Source of the DNA: Oceanispirochaeta sp.
GTDB lineage: Bacteria; Spirochaetota; Spirochaetia; DSM-2461
DNA: 64,000 bases
Reading direction: 5' to 3'
Assembly (NCBI GenBank): GCA_963663385.2
Contig: CAXXXD010000003.1
Coordinates: 1,585,649 to 1,649,648, forward strand
The position numbers and the translations under genes are program-made. Shown one piece after another: positions 21,840 through 34,308 of the stretch. How positions within the stretch are numbered: position 1 is the stretch's first letter; every line of letters starts with the position of its first letter. Below the pieces are notes generated by a model. The model did no database searches. It was given only the letters and a program-made list of their open reading frames with translations, and was not told the DNA's origin.

Positions 21840-21871
21840 AAAAAACCTCCGGACTGACCGGAGGTTTTTTT
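21840..21871. terminator. Bidirectional intrinsic terminator
   Basis: AAAAAA-CCTCCGG-actga-CCGGAGG-TTTTTTT between convergent genes. Confidence 0.9.
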
Positions 21872-21883
21872 AATGATTAAAGA

Positions 21884-24529
21884 CTATTTCTGCAGTTCAG
21901 CCAGATAGACACCCATCTTTTCTATGGCATTGCGGAACTCTTCCATTTTCTCCTTCTCCTTGGCGATTACCGCCTCGGGGGCATTGGATGCAAACTTGTC
22001 ATTGGACAGTTTCTTTTCTGTCTGGATCAGCAGCTTTTTATTCTTGTCCAGGTTTTTCTGCAGCCGGGCTTTCTCCTTATCCACGTCAATAAGATCACGG
22101 ATAAAGAGGTAGGCTTCAAATGACTTGCCAACCGCCGCAACAGCGCCCTCATGGTGTTCTCCTTCCGCCAGTACGGCAAAGTCATCGGATTTAAACAGGG
22201 ACGAAACCAGACTGCCTTCTGTAGCCAGGAAACCGGCAAAGGCATTATCTTCTGTTTTTACCCTGACCTTGATAGACCTGGAGGGTGGAATATTAAACTC
22301 GGACCGAAAGGTACGTACAGCCTGAACCAGCTCCTGCATCTGCGCAAACTGGCCTTCCAGATCACTGTTATCCAGACCGGAATCCGCTTCAGGATAGGGG
22401 GCTACAATAAGAGGACCGTCAGTACCGGGGATTTTCTGATATATCTCTTCGGTCAGAAAGGACATAAACGGGTGCAGCAGACGCAGTGACTTGTTCAGAA
22501 CGTCCAGAAGGATTGTAACAGCACGATCCTTTTCAGATTCGTCCTTACTATAGAGGTACAGCTTACTGGCTTCTATATACCAGTCACAGAAATCATTCCA
22601 GAAAAACTCATACACACTATGAGACATGTCATCAAAACGGTAAGCTTCCACCGCCTTTTCCACACTGCGGATAGCGCCGTTCAGCCGGTGATAGATCCAT
22701 CTGTCAGCAGCTTTCAATTCTACCTCGGAAGGATCTTTCAGCTCCCGTCCCTCCAGGTTCATCAGGATGTAACGGGCGGCATTCCAAACCTTGTTGCAGA
22801 AACGGCTTCCCAGTTTGATATCATCCATATCCAGAGGGATATCCTGTCCCTGGGCGGAAAGATAAGCCAGGGTAAACTTCATGGCATCCGCTCCGTATTT
22901 GTCCACTATATCAAGGGGATCGATCCCGTTTCCAAGGGATTTGGACATTTTCCGCCCCTGCTTGTCCCTGACAAGGGGGGTAATATAAATATCCCTGAAA
23001 GGAGCTTCTTCAAGGAACTCCTCCGATGCCATTATCATCCTTGCCACCCAGAAAAAGATAATATCGTATCCCGTAACCAGAGTGGATGTGGGGAAAAACT
23101 TTTTCAGATCGTCCGTTTTTTCAGGCCAGCCCAGAGTGGAGAACGGCCAGAGCCAGGAGCTGAACCAGGTGTCCAGAACATCGGGGTCCTGTTTCAGATC
23201 AGAACAGCCGCAGCGGCTGCACTCAGTGGGATCATTTCTATCTACAATCAGGTGACCGCACTCACTGCAGGTCCAGGCGGGTATACGGTGCCCCCACCAG
23301 AGCTGCCGGGAAATACACCAGTCACGGATTCCGCCGAGCCAGTGTTTATAGGTATTTTCCCAGCGTTTGGGATAGAATCGGATCCGGTCATTTTCCCAGG
23401 CGTTCATGGCCTTTTCCGCCATGCCTTCCATCTTAACAAACCACTGATCCGACATGTAGGGTTCAATCACCGTATTACAGCGGTAGCAGTGTCCCACCTG
23501 ATGGGGCTGATCCTCGATTTTAGTCAGGAATCCTCCCTCTTCCAGAGCTTTAATGGTGGCTTTCCGGGCTGTTTTAACATCCATCCCCACAAACTGTTCG
23601 GGAACATTTCCGTTAAGAGTTCCATCCCCGTTCAGTATATTGATCCGTTCCAGATTATGTCTGTTTCCGATCTCCCAGTCGTTGGGGTCATGGGCCGGGG
23701 TGATTTTCACGGCACCAGAACCGAAATCCATTTTACAGTAACTGTCGGTAATAATTTCTATTTTCCGGTCTGTAAGGGGCAGGTCAAGTGTTTTGCCTAC
23801 CACATCCTTATACCGTTCATCATCGGGATGAACGGCAACTGCCGTGTCCCCGAACATGGTTTCAGGCCTGGTTGTGGCTACTTCGATAAATCCGCTTCCG
23901 TCAGTGAGGGGGTATTTCACATGGTGCAGGGCTCCGGGAGCCTCTTCGTGCTCAACTTCATCATCCGCCAGAGCCGTACCGCAGGAGGGGCACCAGTTAA
24001 CCAGGTACTCACCTTTATAAATCAAATCCCTTTCATAGAGGGTGACGAAAACTTCACGGACCGCTCCGGAGAGACCATCATCCATGGTGAATCGTTCCCG
24101 GCTCCAGTCGCAGGATGCCCCGATTTTTTTCAGCTGTCTGGTGATGATGCTGTGGTGCTCGTCCTTTACCTTCCAGGTTTCCTCAAGGAATTTTTCCCTG
24201 CCCAGATCATGCCTGGACTGACCCTTGGCCTTCAGTTTGCGTTCCACCACATTCTGTGTGGCAATACCGGCGTGATCCGTTCCGGGAACCCAGAGTGTGG
24301 GTCTTCCCTGCATGCGGTGATAGCGAATCAGAATATCCTGGAGAGAGTTGTTAAGACCGTGCCCCATATGGAGAACACCGGTAACATTGGGGGGCGGGAT
24401 AACTATGACAAAGGGGTCTTTCGAATCGTCCCCGGCAGGCTGAAAATACTTTCCTTCCTCCCAGAACTGGTAGATTCTGTCTTCGAATTCACCCGGATTA
24501 TAAGTTTTCTCAAGTTCAATAGCCTTCAT
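21884..24529 (-). CDS. valS: Valine--tRNA ligase
   Basis: PPPNVTGVLHMGH, DWCISRQLWWGH, KMSKS, C-terminal coiled coil. Confidence 0.98.
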   Translation of the reverse strand: MKAIELEKTYNPGEFEDRIYQFWEEGKYFQPAGDDSKDPFVIVIPPPNVTGVLHMGHGLNNSLQDILIRYHRMQGRPTLWVPGTDHAGIATQNVVERKLKAKGQSRHDLGREKFLEETWKVKDEHHSIITRQLKKIGASCDWSRERFTMDDGLSGAVREVFVTLYERDLIYKGEYLVNWCPSCGTALADDEVEHEEAPGALHHVKYPLTDGSGFIEVATTRPETMFGDTAVAVHPDDERYKDVVGKTLDLPLTDRKIEIITDSYCKMDFGSGAVKITPAHDPNDWEIGNRHNLERINILNGDGTLNGNVPEQFVGMDVKTARKATIKALEEGGFLTKIEDQPHQVGHCYRCNTVIEPYMSDQWFVKMEGMAEKAMNAWENDRIRFYPKRWENTYKHWLGGIRDWCISRQLWWGHRIPAWTCSECGHLIVDRNDPTECSRCGCSDLKQDPDVLDTWFSSWLWPFSTLGWPEKTDDLKKFFPTSTLVTGYDIIFFWVARMIMASEEFLEEAPFRDIYITPLVRDKQGRKMSKSLGNGIDPLDIVDKYGADAMKFTLAYLSAQGQDIPLDMDDIKLGSRFCNKVWNAARYILMNLEGRELKDPSEVELKAADRWIYHRLNGAIRSVEKAVEAYRFDDMSHSVYEFFWNDFCDWYIEASKLYLYSKDESEKDRAVTILLDVLNKSLRLLHPFMSFLTEEIYQKIPGTDGPLIVAPYPEADSGLDNSDLEGQFAQMQELVQAVRTFRSEFNIPPSRSIKVRVKTEDNAFAGFLATEGSLVSSLFKSDDFAVLAEGEHHEGAVAAVGKSFEAYLFIRDLIDVDKEKARLQKNLDKNKKLLIQTEKKLSNDKFASNAPEAVIAKEKEKMEEFRNAIEKMGVYLAELQK

Positions 24530-24678
24530 TATCCCATCCTTAAAAAATGTATCACCGAATAGTACATAATAGAGGCTAAAAAATCAATCTGTATGGGAAA
24601 AGAGGAGCAGGCCGGTTATAAATATTCCCTATTGAAATAGGCGCAAAGACAGGGCATAATACAGGTTTGCGAGGTTAT

Positions 24679-25101
24679 ATGGCAACGGAACATACAGAAA
24701 CTGCAAGGGAACTACTCAAAAGAGGCAGCTATGCCAGCATTGCCATCACAGACGGAAATGAACCTTATATCATAGCCCTTAATTACGGACTCGATGAGGA
24801 AGAGGACATCCTCTATTTTTGCACGGAAAAAAGCGGTATGAAACTGGATTTCCTTAAAAGCAACTCCTACGTCTGCGGCTCCGTAATTATTGGAACAGAG
24901 AGAGGATCCGACGAAGCATACTCCTCTTTCGAATCCTGCATCTTCAGGGGTATTATGGAAGTCATACATAACAGCGAGGAACAACAGAGAGCGGTAAAAA
25001 CGATCCGTTATCGTCCCGATACTGCTGCCATGACAAATCCCATGATCATGCGCCTGGAAATTGAGGAGATGGAAAGACGAAACAGAAACATGCCCCGCTG
25101 A
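24679..25101 (+). CDS. Pyridoxamine 5'-phosphate oxidase-like (NimA-type) flavin-binding protein
   Basis: PYIIALNYG...LYF...GMKLDFLKSN...FESCIFRG pattern. Confidence 0.75.
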   Translation: MATEHTETARELLKRGSYASIAITDGNEPYIIALNYGLDEEEDILYFCTEKSGMKLDFLKSNSYVCGSVIIGTERGSDEAYSSFESCIFRGIMEVIHNSEEQQRAVKTIRYRPDTAAMTNPMIMRLEIEEMERRNRNMPR

Positions 25102-25677
25102 TCAGCGCTCGTCTATCAGAAGTCTTCCCATAAGCCTTTTAGGCACATGGTGCACATCATTTTCATCCCGATAGTAAGCGGTACTGCCCTGCTCTTTCAT
25201 ATCTTCCAGAATGACCTTTTCTCCGGAATACCCGAATGCCATAACCAGACAGGGATCCTGGTGTTCTTCCAGCCCCAGAGCAACCTTCACGGAACTCTTC
25301 CCGAATGACCCGATCATACAGCAGCCTACACCTTCCGCCGCTGCTCCCAGAACCATACTCTGCCCCACGATACCATGGTCACAGCTTGGGTTGGCGCTTA
25401 TCTGTTTATCCAGCACAATAACCACATAACCAGTGGGCTGCTCATTCTCTGCCGGTCCATCCCAGTCTTCCAGAGCCTTGGCCCATGCCAGCAAAGGAAA
25501 CAGCTTATCCCGGTTTTCCTTTTTTTCTATGGTGATGAACTTCAGAAACTGCATATTTCCGGAACTTGGACTGAGACGGGCATACTGTACCATCCTGTTC
25601 AGAAAACCCTCAGGCAGGGGTTTCTGATCGAATCGTCTATACGTTCTGGCGCGGCTGATCAATTCGATAAATTTCAT
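25102..25677 (-). CDS. Nitroreductase family protein
   Basis: RTYRRF, ARLSPSSGNMQ, GVGCCMIG, VPKR. Confidence 0.9.
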   Translation of the reverse strand: MKFIELISRARTYRRFDQKPLPEGFLNRMVQYARLSPSSGNMQFLKFITIEKKENRDKLFPLLAWAKALEDWDGPAENEQPTGYVVIVLDKQISANPSCDHGIVGQSMVLGAAAEGVGCCMIGSFGKSSVKVALGLEEHQDPCLVMAFGYSGEKVILEDMKEQGSTAYYRDENDVHHVPKRLMGRLLIDER

Positions 25678-25775
25678 TGATTTTCTCCTTTTACCGAATT
25701 ATAAAAAAAAGAAACGGCCCCCGCAAGGAGTCCGTTCCTGTTATTACAAATCCGGGACGAAAAATCGGACAGGAT

Positions 25776-26834
25776 TTATTTTTTCTTCTTTTTCTTCTCT
25801 TTGGTTTTCTTCTTTCTGGCAGTAGCTTCGGCTATCTCCTCGGCTGTCTGTTTAACAGCGTCTTCCTTGGGAGCCGCTTTTTTTTCCGGAGCAGTTTTTA
25901 CCGCAGCTGGCTCCCTGGCACTGGAAGAAGCTACCGCTTTCGCTTTCTTCACCTCTGCATCATGCCAGCCCAGAAGGATAGTGGATGCAATAAAGATAGA
26001 AGAGTATGTACCGACGATTATACCGACGATCAGACTCAGAGCAAAAGTCCTGATGGTCCCCGTTCCAATCAAAAAGATAAACAGTACCGCAATAAAGGTT
26101 GTAAAAGAAGTAATCAGGGTTCTTCTCAGAGACTGGGTAATGGAAATATTGATAATTTCCATAAACTTTTTGTCCTTGATAAGTCTTGTGTTTTCCCTGA
26201 TTCTATCGAAAATAACAATTGTATCATTCAATGAGTAACCTACGATGGTCAGTACCGCAGCAATGGTAGCTGTTGAAAACTCCAGCTGCATTACACCGAT
26301 AAATCCCATAAGGAACAGCACGTCATGAACAATGGCCACAATAGCGGAAACAGCATAATTCAAACGGAAACGGAACCAGATATAAATCAGGATCAGCGTC
26401 ATTGCCACAATAGTCAGAAAAAATGTCTGGGATGACAGGTTTCCGGCCAGTCGGGCACCGACAAACTCGGTTGAAAGCACCTCTACAGAAGAGGCCCCGA
26501 ACTTATCTTCCAGAGAAGACTTGATCTTCTCTTCTGCGACTGCCTGAAAGTTTTTAACACTTTCATCTTCACCTACACGAATCATGTAGTTGTTGTCTGC
26601 AGGATCACCGATGGTCTGTACCTGCAGGGCGTCAATTCCGCTAAGGGCAGCCTTTACATCCGCAATATCATCTGCCCCCTTAACCTCAACCCTCTGGCTG
26701 AGACCTGACCGGAAATCAATACCGAAGTTGAAACCGCCCTGAACATATGTTCCTGCCCAGAAGAGGACAATCAAACCGACGGAAACAGCCAGCCAGATAA
26801 ATCTGCTTTTGGTGAAATTAATAACTTTATCCAT
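25776..26834 (-). CDS. secF: Protein translocase subunit SecF
   Basis: FNFGIDF, GYSLNDTIVIFDRIRE, GTYSSIFIA. Confidence 0.95.
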   Translation of the reverse strand: MDKVINFTKSRFIWLAVSVGLIVLFWAGTYVQGGFNFGIDFRSGLSQRVEVKGADDIADVKAALSGIDALQVQTIGDPADNNYMIRVGEDESVKNFQAVAEEKIKSSLEDKFGASSVEVLSTEFVGARLAGNLSSQTFFLTIVAMTLILIYIWFRFRLNYAVSAIVAIVHDVLFLMGFIGVMQLEFSTATIAAVLTIVGYSLNDTIVIFDRIRENTRLIKDKKFMEIINISITQSLRRTLITSFTTFIAVLFIFLIGTGTIRTFALSLIVGIIVGTYSSIFIASTILLGWHDAEVKKAKAVASSSAREPAAVKTAPEKKAAPKEDAVKQTAEEIAEATARKKKTKEKKKKKK

Positions 26835-28558
26835 TATTTGCGCCCCCAACCGATGCTGATACTATCTCTTTTCATCACATCAGTTCCGAAATCGAAAATC
26901 AGACGGGAAACAAAAATGGCTGTAAAGAGTGAGCAGACGATACCGACAGCAAGAGTAACGGCGAATCCCTGAACGGGGCCTTTACTGAGCTGTGACAGAA
27001 AGATCGCTGCAATAAAAGTTGTAATGTTGGCATCCATAATCGTCCAGAAAGCCTTCTTGAAACCGGCTTCCACGGCGGCTGCCCGGGATTTTCCCAGAGC
27101 CAGTTCTTCACGGATACGTTCAAATATAATAACGTTGGCATCCACCGCCATACCCACATTAAGAATAAGACCGGCGATACTGGTCATTGTCAATGTCATA
27201 TTAAAAGAGGATAGAATGGCAACGATAAAAACCAGGTTTAAAATAAGAGCCAGGTCGGCAACCAGTCCGGCGCCTTTATAGTAGAGAAGCATGAAAACAA
27301 ATACGGCGATAAATCCGTACATAATCGCTCTCAAACCGGATTCAATGGCATCGCTTCCGAGGGACGCTCCGACAGCCTGTTCATTGATGATTTCGAGATC
27401 AACAGGAAGAGCTGCAGTTCTGAGAACCAGTTCAAGGTCGTTGGCTTCAGCTGTATCAAACCCTGTAATTCGGACTGAATCCCTGATGGGTTCGGAAATC
27501 CTTGCTGCAGCCTTTACCTTTTCGTCCATTACGACGGCCAGTGTTTTTCCGGTATTATCAGAGGTAAATTTGTAGAAAATCTCTCCTCCTTCAGAATCCA
27601 GATTAAAAATAACATTAGGCTGTCCCGTTACCTGATCGGCAATGGTATCGGCCTGCTGAATATGGCTTCCTTCCAGACCTACTTCTTCATTAATGACAAT
27701 GTATCTCTGAAACTGATCGATTCCGTAGCTGTCTTTCTTATAGAATCCGAGAACCTTAAGACCCGCTTCAAGCAGTTCCGGATCGGCAGGCCGTCCGTTT
27801 TCAAAAACCGCACCGGGATTGGCGGCAACATACTTGGCTATCCTGCTCGTGGCCGCATCATCAACGATATGAAAGTTCAGGGTACCTTTTCCCATCAGAA
27901 ATGAGTTAACCCTTTCAGGATCGACTTCACCGGGAATCTCTATAAGGATCTGATCATTGGACTGTTTCCGGATGGAGGGTTCTGTAACACCGAACTTGTC
28001 AATTCTGTTATTCAGGATTTCCATTGCCAGAGTAATGGCATCCTGCAGATCCTGTTCGGAAGGAGTTTCACCCAGGCGTTCCGCCAGGCTGTCTTCATCC
28101 GCCTGAACAACGACACTCATACCTCCGGACAAGTCCAGACCCAGAAGAAGTGTTTTATTCTTCATCTCTTTCAGACCGAGGATATCGTCTCTATAGTGCT
28201 GTTCAAGTGTATTAAACACTTCGTTACCGGATTGAAATCCCTGCAGAACATTCTTGACAGTCCACTCGGCAGGAAGATCTTTCTTTTCCAGTTTATAATT
28301 TTCTTTGGCCTGATCAATCAGAAAACTGATATCTTCAGGGAATAATGCATCAGGATCATCCTTAACCAGTACGGTAAGGGTTTCCAGATCTTCAGATGCC
28401 GTAACTTTGGCATATTTCTGAATTTCTTCCTTTGATCCATTTGCAAGCGTTTTCTTTTCCTGAGGGGTAAGAAAGTACCATTTAACTGTCGGTAACAGGA
28501 AATACGCACCTAACCCCAGAAAGAAAAGAACAACGACGAATCTCAATCGTTTGTTCAT
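26834..28558 (-). CDS. secD: Protein translocase subunit SecD
   Basis: LGLDLSGG, RIDKFGVTEP, GMAVDANVIIFERIREE. Confidence 0.97.
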   Translation of the reverse strand: MNKRLRFVVVLFFLGLGAYFLLPTVKWYFLTPQEKKTLANGSKEEIQKYAKVTASEDLETLTVLVKDDPDALFPEDISFLIDQAKENYKLEKKDLPAEWTVKNVLQGFQSGNEVFNTLEQHYRDDILGLKEMKNKTLLLGLDLSGGMSVVVQADEDSLAERLGETPSEQDLQDAITLAMEILNNRIDKFGVTEPSIRKQSNDQILIEIPGEVDPERVNSFLMGKGTLNFHIVDDAATSRIAKYVAANPGAVFENGRPADPELLEAGLKVLGFYKKDSYGIDQFQRYIVINEEVGLEGSHIQQADTIADQVTGQPNVIFNLDSEGGEIFYKFTSDNTGKTLAVVMDEKVKAAARISEPIRDSVRITGFDTAEANDLELVLRTAALPVDLEIINEQAVGASLGSDAIESGLRAIMYGFIAVFVFMLLYYKGAGLVADLALILNLVFIVAILSSFNMTLTMTSIAGLILNVGMAVDANVIIFERIREELALGKSRAAAVEAGFKKAFWTIMDANITTFIAAIFLSQLSKGPVQGFAVTLAVGIVCSLFTAIFVSRLIFDFGTDVMKRDSISIGWGRK

Positions 28559-28579
28559 TTACACATCTCCGGTAAGCAA

Positions 28580-28957
28580 TTATTTTTTTTCGGCTTTTTC
28601 TTTCTGGTCTTTCTTGTTGTCTTTCTTCTCCGCTTCTGCATTCAGTACGGCAGATACGGCAGACTTGTTGAATTCCAGCTTGGTATTCTCATCAACCTTG
28701 ATGATCACAGTCTCATCTTTTACAGATTGGACCGTACCTCTGATACCGCCGATAGTAACAACCTTATCGCCCTTTTTCATGGCATTGATCATTGCCTGGG
28801 TATCTTTTTGTTTCTTGTTCTGGGGCCGGATAATCAGAAAATAAAAAATTCCGATTACCAGGGCAAACGTTACTAAACTGGTGGTCATAGATCCCGCAGA
28901 AGAAGCTCCTGCTCCAGCGGGGGCGCCCATCAGTAAAGCCAGATTAAAATATTCCAT
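28580..28957 (-). CDS. yajC: Preprotein translocase subunit YajC
   Basis: FYFLIIRPQ, KGDKVVTIGGI; immediately upstream of secDF. Confidence 0.95.
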   Translation of the reverse strand: MEYFNLALLMGAPAGAGASSAGSMTTSLVTFALVIGIFYFLIIRPQNKKQKDTQAMINAMKKGDKVVTIGGIRGTVQSVKDETVIIKVDENTKLEFNKSAVSAVLNAEAEKKDNKKDQKEKAEKK

Positions 28958-29026
28958 AATATTCTATCCTCGGATTTTAAAGATTTGGTAAAATTATCAC
29001 AGAAAATCTGTTCCCGTCAAGAAACG

Positions 29027-29320
29027 TCAAATCCTCTTGACTCGGCTTATTCCTTCCGGAACAATAAACACACCGAAGAGTCTTTTCAATTCCTCAACAG
29101 ATGAATACCGGGACCCGCAATCTGCATTGTAGCTCCTCAGAACAGCCTCCTGATCTTCAACGCTCCCCTTATAGAGGGCTTTACTGAATGCCTGCTTATA
29201 CAGTCCTTTTTCCAATAGCTGACCAACGTCCATGCTACCGTACTTATTCAGATTGCCCTTATCAACTATGGAAGAGTTTCCCGAGTATCCGATGGTATTG
29301 CTGAATTCCTCGATTTTCAT
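29027..29320 (-). CDS. Hypothetical protein
   Basis: GAGG RBS, 97 aa ORF between groL and yajC. Confidence 0.7.
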   Translation of the reverse strand: MKIEEFSNTIGYSGNSSIVDKGNLNKYGSMDVGQLLEKGLYKQAFSKALYKGSVEDQEAVLRSYNADCGSRYSSVEELKRLFGVFIVPEGISRVKRI

Positions 29321-29395
29321 CTAAACCTCTCTGCTTGAATGATTCTATCAGCACTGTAATAAAAAGTATACAGATAATTTCAATTGTTTCGGCCC

Positions 29396-29425
29396 AAAAA
29401 AAGGGGAAGCTTAACGCCTCCCCTT
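29396..29425 (-). terminator. Intrinsic terminator downstream of groL
   Basis: AAGGGGAAGC/GCCTCCCCTT stem followed on the minus strand by a U-run. Confidence 0.7.
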
Positions 29426-29457
29426 CCCTTAAACAGGTAGGACTGCATCAGGGGGAA

Positions 29458-31194
<1,737 letters not shown>

Positions 31195-31225
31195 TCAAAT
31201 CATCAAGGAATATTTAGCTAAATAA

Positions 31226-31990
31226 TTATGAAAATTTTCCGGAATGATAACCGGGAAAGCGAATCTCGCCGGCCAGAACGGTTTTGGTCATTCCGGAAGA
31301 CAGCTCTTTGACAGTAAGAAAACCTTCTTCTGAAAGCCCTTCAATTCGGACAGAAATATCCTTTCCCTCTTCTGCGGAGCCCTCCCGGAAGACAACAACT
31401 CTGTTTAAACCGTAAAGCCGGGCGTTTATTTTCCGTTTCCAGTCGGTTGATTCATATACAGCCCGCAACTCGGCCAGAAGAGCGGGGAGAACAAAACCCG
31501 GCGAACACTTTTTATCCGTATTCTGGGCAATCGAAGTGGAAGATCTTTTAAATTCTCCTTCAAACCTGCTTTGCAGACAGTTCAGTCCAATTCCGACATC
31601 AATGTATTCCTTCCGGGATTCACAGAGGATGCCGGAAATTTTCTTACCGTCCACAAGTACATCATTGGGCCATTTAATCCGGGAATCCAGGCCGTATTCT
31701 TTCCGAAGCAGCTCTGAGATGCCAAGACCTGTCAGAAGGGGGATCCGATAGGGAGGGTGTTTCATCATTCCCGCTTCCAGCTGCAGAGTCATCAGGAGAT
31801 TCTGATCCGATTCGGATTCCCATTTCCGTCCGGGGATCCGGCCCCGTCCCTTCTCCTGAAACCCTGTGAACAGGACTGTCCCGTGACCATATTCACGCAG
31901 GGATGTAATATCGTGCATTGTGGACCCGGTTATATCCTTATAAAATACAGGAGACGGTCCGAAGGGATTATTCACTTCAGTTTTTATCAT
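31226..31990 (-). CDS. birA: Biotin--[acetyl-CoA-carboxylase] ligase (no HTH domain)
   Basis: QEKGRGR, IKWPNDV, KKISGILCE. Confidence 0.92.
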   Translation of the reverse strand: MIKTEVNNPFGPSPVFYKDITGSTMHDITSLREYGHGTVLFTGFQEKGRGRIPGRKWESESDQNLLMTLQLEAGMMKHPPYRIPLLTGLGISELLRKEYGLDSRIKWPNDVLVDGKKISGILCESRKEYIDVGIGLNCLQSRFEGEFKRSSTSIAQNTDKKCSPGFVLPALLAELRAVYESTDWKRKINARLYGLNRVVVFREGSAEEGKDISVRIEGLSEEGFLTVKELSSGMTKTVLAGEIRFPGYHSGKFS

Positions 31991-32064
31991 GAAAAGGATT
32001 ATACCGGAATTGTATTTTATAAAACAGGTTGATCTTTCCGGCGACTTAGATTAATAAATAACAT

Positions 32065-32706
32065 ATGCTAAAAAAGACCTTCCTTCTGATTGCCCTGTTA
32101 ACCGGTTTTTTTTCCCTGACCGGTCAGGAAGCCAGAGATATGTTCAGAGCCATAGCCAATGCAGATTACCTGACGGCCGAAAGCCTGCTTGCTCAGGGGC
32201 TCGACCCCAATGTCAGAGATGGAAGGGACAGATCTGCTCTTCATTTGGCCATTTTATATGAAAATGATCAGATCGGCGCCATTCTGGTTCTGGGAGGAGC
32301 CGATACGGACGGATACGACAGCGATGGAGACTCACTCCTCTACCTTGCCGTTCTCAGGGGGATGGAACAGACCGCTACCGCCATGATTCGAAATGGCGCC
32401 GATCCGAATTTTATTAATCAGTACGGCAACAGTGTCCTGGTAATGTCCATTATAAAAGGTATGATACTGACATCCCGGGAGCTTGTCCTTCACGGGGCCG
32501 AACCCAATACGGTCTCCAATGCGGGAATATCCTGTTTGATGCTTTCTGTAAAGAAAGGGCTGAGGGAAACAGCCGAAGAGCTGGTCATAAGAGGTGCAGA
32601 GGTAAATGTTCATGACAGCAACGGCTACACTCCCCTCATGATAGCCACATGGCGTCAGTATGAAACCCTCCGCAGGCTGCTCATAGAGTACGGAGCCGTT
32701 AAATAA
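32065..32706 (+). CDS. Secreted ankyrin-repeat protein
   Basis: Signal peptide plus about five ankyrin repeats (SALHLA...GAD, GYTPLMIA). Confidence 0.88.
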   Translation: MLKKTFLLIALLTGFFSLTGQEARDMFRAIANADYLTAESLLAQGLDPNVRDGRDRSALHLAILYENDQIGAILVLGGADTDGYDSDGDSLLYLAVLRGMEQTATAMIRNGADPNFINQYGNSVLVMSIIKGMILTSRELVLHGAEPNTVSNAGISCLMLSVKKGLRETAEELVIRGAEVNVHDSNGYTPLMIATWRQYETLRRLLIEYGAVK

Positions 32707-32756
32707 AACCAATCCTCAAGTTTTTATTAAAATAATCTTGCATAATACTGGCAATG

Positions 32757-32774
32757 GCTGTATGTTTATACAAA
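32757..32774. promoter_or_regulatory. Putative ARG box (ArgR operator)
   Basis: TGTATGTTTATACA fits TGnATnnnnATnCA, about 30 bp upstream of argR; a weaker second box begins at 32739. Confidence 0.6.
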
Positions 32775-32803
32775 ATTAAGGAATAAATATACGACACAGT
32801 AAT

Positions 32804-33277
32804 ATGAATAGCAGAACAGCAAGATTGAAGTCCATAAAACGGATTATAAGTGAATACCATATAACAAGTCAGGAACAGCTCCTTGCCTTCCTTGAGAAGG
32901 AAAGTGTCAGTGTTACTCAGGCAACACTGTCCCGGGACTTGAAACTTCTCAAGGTAGGAAAAGTTTCGGACGGTAACAATGGATACTATTATACCCTTCC
33001 GCGCAATAGAAAAGAGATGGAAACAACCCAGCAGTATCTTCATGATATAACCAGGGGTTTCCTTTCCATCAGTTTTTCCGGGAACCTCTGTATCATGAAA
33101 ACTCTGGCAGGTCATGCCGATACTGTAGCGATAGCTCTGGACAACCTTGAGATGGATGAAATTCTCGGCACCATTGCCGGAGACGATACAATTCTTATTG
33201 TCCTGAAGGAAAATCTCAGCAGCAAACAGTTTGTTTCCGTTTTAAAAAGTACGATTCCCGAATTGGAGTTGGAATAA
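32804..33277 (+). CDS. argR: Arginine repressor
   Basis: VTQATLSRDL, GTIAGDDT. Confidence 0.96.
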   Translation: MNSRTARLKSIKRIISEYHITSQEQLLAFLEKESVSVTQATLSRDLKLLKVGKVSDGNNGYYYTLPRNRKEMETTQQYLHDITRGFLSISFSGNLCIMKTLAGHADTVAIALDNLEMDEILGTIAGDDTILIVLKENLSSKQFVSVLKSTIPELELE

Positions 33278-34308
33278 TGAAAGCAGCCATACTGGGAACA
33301 ACCGGATACACAGGGCAGATCCTTCTCAGGCAGTTAAGCTGCCATAAGGATATAGACACTCTCATCCCTGTATCCTCATCAAGAGCAGGTGAGTCCGTCC
33401 TTAAAGCGGATCCCGGTCTCCACCCTTCTGTTACAGACAAAATGGATACAGGAGACTATGTGTCTGTCGAAAAAGCAGCCGCTTTGAAACCGGATGTGGT
33501 TTTTGCCGCCCTGCCCCATCTTGCTTCGGCCGAATTCTGCGCGCCATTTCTGGGTAAATCCGTAGTCATAGATCTCTCTGCGGATTTCAGAATTGAAGAT
33601 CCCGTGCTTTTTCAGAAAGCCTATGGAGAAAAACCGCCCCGTGAGGATCTTCTGGATCAGGCAGTATACGGACTTTGCGAATGGTACGGCGAAAGGATTA
33701 AATCATCCGATCTTATAGCTAATCCCGGATGTTATCCAACCGCATCCCTGCTACCCCTCCTTCCGCTTGCCTCAAAGGGCCTTTTAAAATCTGATCCGGT
33801 TATCAATGCCTTATCCGGGATTTCCGGAGCAGGAAGGAAAGCCCGGATCGGGAACCTTCTGGTGGAAAGATCGGAGAACATCTGCGCCTACTCTCCGGGG
33901 ACACAGCACAGACACTCCTGGGAGATCTGGAAGGAGCTGCAGAAAGCCGACAGTTCCCTTCAATTACAGTTCATTCCTCATCTTGTTCCCATGAAGCGGG
34001 GAATGGCCATTACAACTTCTGTTGCAGTGGATCCTTCTGTGGATGACACGGTACTGGAACAGATATATGCAAAGGCATACGGTTCCGCCCCCTTTGTAAA
34101 AATAGCCTACCCGGGTATTCCCGAAACGAAGCAGGTATGGGGCTCCAACCGCTGTGATATCAGCTGGCATCTGGAAGAAAACAGGCTCATCCTTTTCTCT
34201 GTTATCGATAATCTGATAAAAGGCGCTTCCGGTCAGGCTGTACAGAACATGAATATCCGTTTCGGTTTCAATGAAACCGAAGGACTGAACCTGCATGGTG
34301 AAATATAG
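33277..34308 (+). CDS. argC: N-acetyl-gamma-glutamyl-phosphate reductase
   Basis: IDLSADFR, IANPGCYPT, DNLIKGASGQAVQNMN. Confidence 0.96.
   Translation: MKAAILGTTGYTGQILLRQLSCHKDIDTLIPVSSSRAGESVLKADPGLHPSVTDKMDTGDYVSVEKAAALKPDVVFAALPHLASAEFCAPFLGKSVVIDLSADFRIEDPVLFQKAYGEKPPREDLLDQAVYGLCEWYGERIKSSDLIANPGCYPTASLLPLLPLASKGLLKSDPVINALSGISGAGRKARIGNLLVERSENICAYSPGTQHRHSWEIWKELQKADSSLQLQFIPHLVPMKRGMAITTSVAVDPSVDDTVLEQIYAKAYGSAPFVKIAYPGIPETKQVWGSNRCDISWHLEENRLILFSVIDNLIKGASGQAVQNMNIRFGFNETEGLNLHGEI

Noticed and set aside
22619..24562. 647-aa plus-strand ORF
   Set aside because: Antisense shadow of valS.
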